Assembly: GCF_001194135.2 (NCBI RefSeq)
Contig: NC_068999.1
Location: 53,999,947-54,063,946 of the forward strand
Source of the DNA: Octopus bimaculoides
Taxonomy: Eukaryota
Reading direction: 5' to 3'
Length of the DNA: 64,000 nt
Positions 54,319-64,000 of this stretch are shown piece by piece; position 1 is the first letter of the stretch; the number at the start of each line of letters is the position of its first letter. Position numbers and translations under genes: made by a program. Below the pieces are notes generated by a model. The model had not been told where the DNA came from, made no database searches, and was given only the letters and a program-made list of their open reading frames with translations.

Positions 54319-56649
54319 GAGTAACGGTTTTTTTTTTTTTTTTTTAGAACGAGAATTACGAATAAACGAGAATCATAATTAATTAATTATTTTTTTTATG
54401 ACAGTATAACCATTATTATTTTGCAATTATTAATTGTTAGTAGTTATTTAGTTAAATGCGTGTTTATTGACAAATATTTATATTTAATTAAAAAGTTATG
54501 AAATGCGCGCGTCATCACGTGTTACAAACATGGTTGCCTGTGTGGCTGAAATATCATCTCCGAGAAGTAAATATGCCTTTTTTCTTTATTATTTAGCGCT
54601 GTACTTCTCTACTTAATATCAATATAATACTATATATGTTAAACATTAGCTGTTGCACTTATTCTTTGTTTGTAATACTTAACACAAACAGTTTCTTCAA
54701 TGCAAACCGTTTCTAACACTCAACGTAAACCTTTCATTTCAAGGTTAACTGTATTTTGCTGTCGTCCTTGGCAAAGGCATGACTATCACAACACCCATTC
54801 GTCGAACTTGTAAATCTGAGACACTCTCAGACCATTTAAAAAATAAATATATATGAAAATTTCCATCATAAATATGAATAAAAAATTCTCGCGTGTAGGA
54901 AATCAACTTGTTTCACGCGAAGAAAAAAAATAATGATATTACGTCTTCTAATGTTTATGATTGCGGGTAATTATGTGGCGCTCATGCCTTTTCTTTTCTT
55001 TTTTTTTTGAGATCCTTTATGTCGATGAAGTAGGGATCTAGTCTGGATCAGGAACTCGGATAACTGTGACATTATATAGCTTGTCTGCACCGCTCGTATG
55101 CCATTTCACTTAATTTCTCGTCTGTAATGTGTCTGATTTTTAGTAGAGTGAAATGAAATATTGCGGCATTCAAGCTGCCCCCATGTGTATTAGTCCCATA
55201 GTTAACTGTGCTTAGTTTTAGAATAGCTGTCCCTCGAAATCCCATGTCTCAAAGAAAAGGAGTGGGAGAAGGGTCAGAAAGTAAAAATAAAAGAAACAAA
55301 AATGCTGTTTTCCTTTCCCGTGAGGTATTAGACTTCGAGGGACAGCTATTTAAAAATTCAGCTCTTAATTAGATGTGATTAAGGTAGGTATTGGGCTAAG
55401 TTCAACTATTGTTTTCTCCCCACAAGACACAATTCTTGTTAACCCAGCCAAACTTGTACAGATGTAATGACCATGTAAAACATTTCTTTTGAACGTCAGG
55501 TTAAGATATAATTGAAATAATTCTTTAGTGTGTGATTGATACTTATTTTTGTGATCCCAGTGAGACAGCAGTTGATGAATGGAGTGAATACCATTAGAGG
55601 AGTAGATGTTGGTGAACTGGAGATTGGATATTCCAAAAGTGAATTATTTTGGAGGATCATTTGGGTTGGCTAAGAAGGGTTCACGATGCTCTGTATAGCA
55701 GGTAGGTTTAGTTCTGAAATGTTACCTGACAAGTATTTGAATGCAACTATTTCCATGTATGTTTGTGCAATTAAAATGGGTGTTAGAAAGTGGAGCTTTG
55801 TCTGTGGACCCTAGAGGCTGTCCAGACATGAGATTGATGTGGCTGATTCTTAGGCTGAACTTTTACAGAAAAAAAAATGAAGGTAAAGTGGGAACTTTAT
55901 TAAAACCCACCAACCATATTTGATGAGTCTCTCATTGGTGTAACTAAAACTATAGAAGATAGACTCTTCTGGGAACATGAAATTGCAACCAACATAGTCT
56001 CATCTTTCTCTTTATGAATCAATAAAGCCAATGTTTTATACACTTTTATTTCCATTCAATAGTATTTCAAAAAAATACATACCTCTCCTTAATTCCTGAA
56101 AGGCTTTTGACAAACTGGTATACAGTATATAACATTCCTGAATGAATTGTGTGCGTGTGTGCGTGCACATACACACACACACACGACAGGTGAACTGAGT
56201 TAATGGAACAACTGATGGAGCATTGGACGAAATGTTGTGCATTATTTCTTCTGGCATAAAGTGGTGAGCTGGCAGAATCATTAGGATATAGGAACAAATG
56301 CCTTGTGGCATTTGTTCCATCTCTTTACATTCTGAGTTCTAATCCTGCTATTGTCAACCTTGCCTTTCTTCTTTTTGGGGTTGATAAAGTTTCAGTCCAG
56401 TTCTGCAGTGGATGCTGTTGCCTAGTTACCCTCTCCGAAACTCTCCAGATGGCTTCCAGTCCTCCACTACAACTGTAATCTTTATTCTCTCCAATGCTGA
56501 CTGTTCACTAATATATAAAGCTGTTCTTGAGAAAAGGAGACCTATTGGAGTTGTTAAATTTAGCCCCAATCCCCTGTATACCATAGATGGCAGCTAGGAA
56601 TTCTTCTAAGATAACTTGTTGAAGGCTAAAGAAAATAGATATGTGGTGA

Positions 56650-57375
56650 GTGCAAGGTTCTAGCCAGACAGAAGACAATGGTAGATAGAGCTATATAAAT
56701 TGGGAGACCATCCTGAATGAAGATGGAAGCAGAGAGTATTATCTAGTAACTAAGGAAGGTGTAATGTGCTTAGCTAGGAGAGAAGCTGAAAGGAAGACAT
56801 TTGCACATGTTCTGCGATGTGAGGATCACATTACCTTGTTGATCCAATAAAGGGACTGTCAGTTTAAGTTGACAGCAGTATGGTAGATAGAACAATTAAA
56901 GATAGGAAGGTAGGAAAAAGTGTTGGTTCATCAGGGATAATAATGGAATGCTTAGACTATCTGTTAAGGTAAGTTATATGCTAGTCACTTGAATAAATGG
57001 GGGAATACAAGGTTGGCATAGTAACACCATTGAAAACCACTATAAGAGCAAAGGAAATACTTTAGAGAAAGGAAATTACAGAGGCATCAAATTGTTGAAC
57101 CAGGCTCTGAATGTTAGAATCCTTGACGAGGAACAGAATTGGCTTAGATGTGATGCAGTTCAGCTTAAAAGAGGTATCAAAAATGCCATCTTTCTAGTAA
57201 GGTGATAGAAATACTTCATAAAGAGTAGGCCACTTTATCTAGCATTTATTCAGTTGGAAAAAGCCTTTGACATGATGCCGTGCTCAATAATCTGGCAACC
57301 ACTAAGGAAACTATGTTTAAATGAATGGCTTCTATGACTGTACCAGCTATGTACAAAGATACAGTCAGTAACATA
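56650..57375 (+). mobile_element. RTE-clade LINE reverse transcriptase remnant
   Basis: Traces of KGNTLEKGNYRGIKLL, DVMQFS, NAIFLVR and LYLAFIQLEKAFD. Same family as 18910-19815. Confidence 0.8.
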
Positions 57376-59159
57376 AATAGTGCCAACTCTGTTACTTTCT
57401 CCACTACCAACTTTGTACCTATAAATCTGTTCCTCTCTCATCACCTTGCCCAAAATCATTGCAATCTCTCTCTTTCCCTATTCTCTCTCCTCTATTCTAT
57501 TTCAGTTATAGGAGCCCTTTTAGTTTTGCATGTTGCAAGGCAATCCTACTAGTGCTGGTGCCATGAAAAATCACACTACCGTCTGTAAAGTAGCTGGCAT
57601 TAGAAAGGGAATCCAGCTGTGGAAGCCATGCCAAAACAGACATGGAGCACAGTGCAGTCCTCTGATGTTGAATCTGTTCAACCCATGTCAGCATGGCAAG
57701 CAGATGTTTCAGAACATTGATATATATGGCAAGTCGCCTGCAGTTTCCGTTTATCAAATTCACTCAAAGATTTGGTTTGCTTAGTGTTTTATTTGAAGAT
57801 AGCCAAGGTGCTGCACGGTGGAACTGATCCTAAAGCTGCATGGTTATGAAGCAAATTTCTTCACTGCGCAGCTATGCCTTTATCTGTATCTTAAAACGTT
57901 CCAGCACATTGACTGATATAGTCTTAGATACACTATGGCTAAACTAAAATCCTTGGTGGTATGACCCAATCAGTAGAACATATTTAATCAAAATTCTTCT
58001 CTACCCGGACTGACTGGTGCAGGTATAGGAGCTCAATAACAAGAGCATTATCATATAACAGGTGTGAGTGTCCTCCTAATGACGGTGTGTATTTATATCC
58101 CTGTCAATCTTGCTTCAGTTTTATGTAAGATGTGCTTTGTTAATATTTATTGACTGTCTGGAGATATTAATACAAAAACCAAATACTGGAATAATGAAGC
58201 ATCAATTTGTCATTTTGTTTCCTCCTGATGGTGGAAGACAGGGGTTGATGATATTTCATGTAGGCATCTGTGGAGGGTGGAAAGTAATGAGTACAGTGTC
58301 GATATGATGGGGATGGGAGTGAGTTGTTTGACAGCTTCTTTATGTATTCTGATTAACACAGCCAGAGCAAACAAACTTGTTAATGAAGTAATCTTGTCCA
58401 AACAGCTTTTAATCTGTAGCTTTTTAATTTACACATATTTAAAATAATTATTAATCTACACATGTGTACACTACACAAACTCATATACATGTAAACATGT
58501 GTATACTTATACATTCATCCATCCATGTATGCATGCGTCCATACGTCCACATATACACACAGTCATTCATCTATACATGTATATATACATGCATAATAGT
58601 GAGCAATGCTGCAGAAATAAGTATGCATTCTAATTTCAATTCCAGATAGTAGCTATTTCATTTCACTGATGTTGTTAGTCTTTGAGATAAGCATGAACAT
58701 CACATAATCTTGGTTTTCTTTCTATGTATATATGTGAAGCCTTGTGAGTGCAAGGTAAATTTTTGTATATCCATTTGTTTACCTTTTCCAACTCCTGCTA
58801 TACATTTCTCCTTTATCTTTGTGTGTATATAGAAAGGACAAAGGACTCGAAGATGTGGTGATTTACTGTAGCTGATAAGATGCATCAGGCTAAATAAAAT
58901 GGCTATCTTCCACACATACAGGCTTGTCCTTTCAGATGCCGGTGTCACTTAAACAGTACCTGTGCTGGTGCTGCATTAATGCACCCATGCCGGTGGCACG
59001 TAAAAAAGCACCCGACATACTCTGTTAAGTAGATGACATTAGGAAGGGCTTCCAACCATAGAAACCGTGCCACAGCAGCCAGAGTTTGGACAGCTCCATG
59101 TTGAACCATTCAACTCATGCCAGCATGGAAAGTGGATGTTAAACAATGATGATGATGAT

Positions 59160-59440
59160 ATCTCTGGCATACATCATCAGTGATGTTTCTGATGTCTCAG
59201 CAAGTTTGGGATCTTTCAACATCAGATTCCACTTACCCACATGGCCCAGTTGGGGTTGATCAAGTCCCAGCTTGCATCCCAATAACAGCAAACTACTAGT
59301 CTCCTCTCTATCCAATGTCCTCCAGTGACCTCTGCAACTTCTATGATGGAATTTATAGCCTTCCTCTTTGCTGCACCAGTAACCCGAAGCCCAGTCAGAG
59401 CTTTGCTCAATGAATGCCCCACAAAAATTCCAGAGGTGAT
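59160..59440 (-). mobile_element. HERO-like non-LTR retrotransposon 3' end (ORF C-terminus plus 3' UTR)
   Basis: ORF track 59222..59422: GHSLSKALTGLRVTGAAKRKAINSIIEVAEVTGGHWIERR, cf. recalled HERO GF.G.SL.RA..LG.TG..K.RAI..I.EAAE.ASRWLW.KR. Followed by gctgggacttgatcaacccc...tgatgttgaaagatcccaaac...acatcactgatgatg, resembling the recalled HERO 3' UTR. Confidence 0.75.
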
Positions 59441-61612
59441 ATTGGTATCATTTAACGTTCATCTTCTATGTTGGCATGGTTCCTAACAAACAAACCCTGC
59501 TAATTGTGTCAAAACCCTTCAGCATTCACATTATTCTGTCAAATGGAATGCTTTTTATTCCCATTGTTTTCAATTAATTATGTGTCCCATTTCTTTGATA
59601 TAATTTTGTGCAATGCAGTAGAAATTTGGCTATCATTATCTATATTCATGTTAAATTATCACATAAGGGTTCATTCATTGAAATCCATCCCTTCTTCAGC
59701 TACAGGCAATAGAGTTGAAGTCAGCTTTACAAGCCAATGAATCACTCGTTCTGTTTTCTAGTGTTGCCACTGCTTACAACTGCAAAACCAGTTAAGTAGA
59801 TTTGGGCCAAAACACTACCAATGGCAAAATTTGAACTGCTAACTTGTTTGGTTGTTCAGTGCCTTGTTGACAGGCCCAGCTACAGTCTGGAACTGTGTAA
59901 TGCTAATTTAACAGAACTCATCATCTTTACAGTGTTGCAGCAGCAAATGCTCCACCATATGGTGTCTGTTTTCACCTAGCTAGACTGGGCCCTTAATGAG
60001 ATAGCTGCTTAGATTAACTTGTCCAAGGCAGTGCTAGTGTCAGGACATGAATCACTGACTTTTCGGCATCTTTTGAACTGTCATGTTGCTAAAAATTGGG
60101 TTTTTAGATTTTCTTGCAAGCAACTCCTAATCAACCTCTAAAATTACTCCCTTATAGGGTGTAAATAAAAAGAGTATTTTTTAATCAGAATATGGAGAAA
60201 AAAAATGTCAACTGTTTTATGATATATTTTGAATGTCTAAGGCAAAAGAATTCTCTGGATAAATACATGGCTTCCGTAAAAGGAAATTCCAGACTCTACA
60301 ATTTGGTACATAGAGAAAACACAAAGAAAAGTCACAAAAAGAAGCTCCACCCCATCTGTAAGTCAGTATTTTAGTGAGTGTTGTGTAACAAGATAGTGTG
60401 TGTGTGTGTATCCCTGCTGTGCTTGTGTGTATGTTTCTATTTTTAAACTACTTTAGATCATTAGTCTCTCTTACCTCCTCTCAAAAGTAATTTTTATAAA
60501 CCTATCAAATTTGTTTCCCAAGACACTGCTATTATTATTATTACTATTATTATTATTATTAGTGTTGTTGTTGTTGTTTGGAATTGGGGCAGTGGATTTG
60601 CAGAAATGTTAAGAACATCTGACAAAATACCTAAGGGTATTTATTCTGACTCTTTACATTCCAAGATCAACTTTGCCTATCACTCTTCTGGGGCCAATAA
60701 AATAAATACCAGTCAAGTGCTAGGTCAATATAACTGTTCCCTCCCTTCAAATTTCTAATCTTGTGCCTATATTAGAAGTTATCATTATTGCTAAGTCAGT
60801 GAGTTGGCAGAATCGTTATCACATGACAGAAAAAAAAGAATGAGTAGCATCATTATTTTTTTTTGCTCTGAGTTCAAATATTGTTGAGGTTGACGTTGCC
60901 TGTCGTCTTTTCAAGGTTGATAAAGTACCAAATGAATACAGGACTTGAGATAATCAACAACCCCCTGCTCAAAATTGCTGGTTTTGTGCCAAAATTTGAA
61001 ATCCTTATTATTATTATTGTTATATTGTGCTGATGTTAAGAATATTATTATCTAGAGCTGGTACCCTGATAAAATGCACCCACTTCACTCAATTAAATAG
61101 TTTACAAAAGAAAGGCATCAAGAATTTGAAAAGATGCTAAAAATGAAGTGTTTGGAGAACAGATGGTTCTTGGGGAAGGTGGTGGCTCCAAGTGAGGATT
61201 GATTCAGTCTGGGGCAGCCTATCCAACCCCTGCTAATATGCAAAAGTGAATGTAATAACGATCATGATGATTTGTCTGCATCAGTTGTTTTTTTTTTTTA
61301 CAAAGTTTTTGGAAAATATTGGATTACTTTTCAAGCCAAATGTTTTGTTTTAGAATTATTTTTGTGCAAAACTTTTATATAAGAGAAGGGTGAGGAATCT
61401 TTCTTTGAGGAAGAGCAGACTTTATACTTTGGTGTAAAATATTTTTTCTTTGCTGTCAATGTTTGAAAATTAATTGTAAGTATGGCTTCTACTGAGACAG
61501 TGTGGATGATGGGCTCTCTTAAAGATGATGGTAATGAAATATAGTTGACAGATTTTAAAAAAAAGATGAACAGAAAGAGAAAATGATGATTGCACAGACA
61601 CTGAGGCGATGA

Positions 61613-61905
61613 CTACTGACCGAGACCTTTGGAAATGTGCTGTGCGTGAGAAGACCCGGCAAGCCAAGTGAGATCGTTGCCAGTGCCCCTGGACTGGCTC
61701 TTGTGCGGGTGGCACATAAGATGCACCATTTTGAGCGTGGCCGTTGCCAGTACCGCCTGACTGGCCTTCGTAGGATTTTCGAGTGAGATCGTTGCCAGTG
61801 CCCCTGGACTGGCTCTTGTGCGGGTGGCACATAAAAGACACCATTTTGAGCATGGCCGTTGCCAGTACCGCCTGACTGGCTTTCGTGCGGGTGACAAGTA
61901 AAAGC
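61613..61905 (+). mobile_element. Young, 5'-truncated RTE-type LINE (ORF2 end plus 3' UTR with a 115-bp tandem duplication), running into a gap
   Basis: DRDLWKCAVREKTRQAK* then repeat units starting at 61667 and 61782. CpGs intact. Confidence 0.8.
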
Positions 61906-62456
61906 NNNNNNNNNNNNNNNNNNNNNNNNNNNNNNNNNNNNNNNNNNNNNNNNNNNNNNNNNNNNNNNNNNNNNNNNNNNNNNNNNNNNNNNNNNNNNNN
62001 NNNNNNNNNNNNNNNNNNNNNNNNNNNNNNNNNNNNNNNNNNNNNNNNNNNNNNNNNNNNNNNNNNNNNNNNNNNNNNNNNNNNNNNNNNNNNNNNNNNN
62101 NNNNNNNNNNNNNNNNNNNNNNNNNNNNNNNNNNNNNNNNNNNNNNNNNNNNNNNNNNNNNNNNNNNNNNNNNNNNNNNNNNNNNNNNNNNNNNNNNNNN
62201 NNNNNNNNNNNNNNNNNNNNNNNNNNNNNNNNNNNNNNNNNNNNNNNNNNNNNNNNNNNNNNNNNNNNNNNNNNNNNNNNNNNNNNNNNNNNNNNNNNNN
62301 NNNNNNNNNNNNNNNNNNNNNNNNNNNNNNNNNNNNNNNNNNNNNNNNNNNNNNNNNNNNNNNNNNNNNNNNNNNNNNNNNNNNNNNNNNNNNNNNNNNN
62401 NNNNNNNNNNNNNNNNNTATATAATATATATATACATATAATATATACATATATAC

Positions 62457-62517
<61 letters not shown>

Positions 62518-63726
62518 CATATATATATGAATTGTATATGTGTATGTATGTTGCTGGCACCTCTAACTTCCATCTGTCTCTCAAAGCCTTAGCTTAGCTG
62601 TCAGATCACTTATATCTCCGTAGCATCATCTCAAATAAGACTGCTTATTTTTACACACTTTCCTTCCTTTTCCTACCAAATTTTTTTCTCTCATCTCTCA
62701 CCTAATTTTTTTTGTGTCATTTTTATATTATATATTGTTATCTATTTATTTAGCTGTATTTTTTTTTTTTGCAGTCTGTGTGTGTTTTGGGAAAGGGGTT
62801 CTCTACAATTCTTTTTTGTTTATATTTACTAGGGTTTCTTTGTCTGTAGCACCCTTGATAAGGGGCGCTACATGCAAGTATTTTGCTGATCATTTTTAGC
62901 TTAAATCCTACACAAAAAATAAATTGGGGTATGCTTTACCAGTAAAAGCATAAAAGCAATGAAAAAAAGAGATGTTTCTCTGTGTGTGTGTATTCATGAT
63001 GTAGTCTTTACCGTCTTCACCATAAAAGTAATTCCTGTTTAGGAAATTAAGCATATTAGAAATACAGATGTGTGTGTGTGTCTGTGTGCAGGTTTTAGGT
63101 AGATGTTTGCAAAGATTTTAGATAAGCAGATTGTGAATAATAATGGTCTCAAATTTTGGCACAAGGCCAGCAATTTCAAGGAAGGATGTAAGTCAATTAT
63201 ATTGACCCCAGTGATCAACTAGTACTTATTTTATTGACCCTGAAAGGATGAAAAGCAAAGTCAACCTCAGCGGAATTTGAACTCAGAATATAAGGACAGA
63301 CAAAATGCTGTGAAGCATTTTGCCTGGCATGCTAACAATTCTGGCAGCTCGCTACCTAAGCACAAGGTCTGAAATTTTGTAGGGGGCAGGGGCTAATCAA
63401 TATCATTGACCCTGTTACTTGACTGGTCCTTCATTTTATCAACCCTAGAGAACAAAGTTGACCCTGGATGGGTTTGGACTCAAGAATGTAAAGAGCCAAA
63501 ACATTCCAGTTTTCTAATGATTTTGCCAGCTCACTACCTTAATAATATTGGTTCAAATTTTGAGAGAAGCAGCTTAGTATTGCCACCAATCCCAGTACTT
63601 GTGTAATACTTAGATATACATCCAGGAGGGATGAAATGCAGAGTTGACCTTGGTGGGATTTGAAGTCAACATGTAGCCAGCTAAAAAAATACTGTAAAGC
63701 ATTTCTTTCAACACTCTAATCATTAA

Positions 63727-64000
63727 TCATCATCATCATCATCATCATCGTTTAACGTCCGCTTTCCATGCTAGCATGGGTTGGACGATTTGACTGAGGA
63801 CTGGTGAAACCGGATGGCAACACCAGGCTCCAGTCTGATTTGGCAGAGTTTCTACAGCTGGATGCCCTTCCTAACGCCAACCACTCAGAGAGTATAGTGG
63901 GTGCTTTTACGTGTCACCCGCACGAAAACGGCCACGCTCGAAATGGTGTCTTTTATGTGCCACCCGCACAAGCCAGTCCAGGGGCACTGGCAACGATCTC
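63727..64000 (-). mobile_element. Young copy of the same RTE-type LINE 3' end, opposite orientation, with (GAT)n tail
   Basis: Reverse complement shares gagatcgttgccagtgcccctggactggc...gtgcgggtggcacataaaagacaccattt with 61783-61850 and continues into the family C tail. Extends beyond the window. Confidence 0.9.

Noticed and set aside
61667-61900. Repeat arrays as possible CRISPR (also 17473-17523 and 27186-27251)
   Set aside because: Head-to-tail tandem duplications without unique spacers, no cas genes, eukaryotic context.

Overview
Eukaryotic, AT-rich, repeat-dense animal DNA with ten N-gaps. The abundant (TA)n/(CA)n microsatellites and the tRNA-derived SINE families look to me like an octopus (coleoid cephalopod) genome; that assignment is inference from recalled repeat families, not a database result. 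The only intact protein-coding gene I can support is a two-exon beta-tubulin on the minus strand (54218-53697 and 53320-52505; 445 aa; one 376-nt phase-0 GT-AG intron; TATA and GC boxes; AATAAA signals). The rest is fossil mobile DNA: Tc1/mariner, pogo/Tigger, hAT and piggyBac-like MITEs, RTE and CR1-group LINEs, two HERO-like RLE non-LTR fragments, a Gypsy/Ginger-type integrase, at least three SINE/LINE-tail families and several fold-back palindromes, two of which carry decayed hammerhead-ribozyme cores. No prokaryotic system, CRISPR array, rRNA or true tRNA gene is visible. The best candidate for something undescribed is an RNA-structure module in the tubulin pre-mRNA. An intron-exon stem loops out the true 3' splice site and buries decoy AGs and codons 178-181. 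The same exon segment is also complementary to the 5' UTR just before the AUG, and a perfect 15-bp hairpin sits next to the 5' splice site. All structures were found by eye and none is computationally or experimentally validated.
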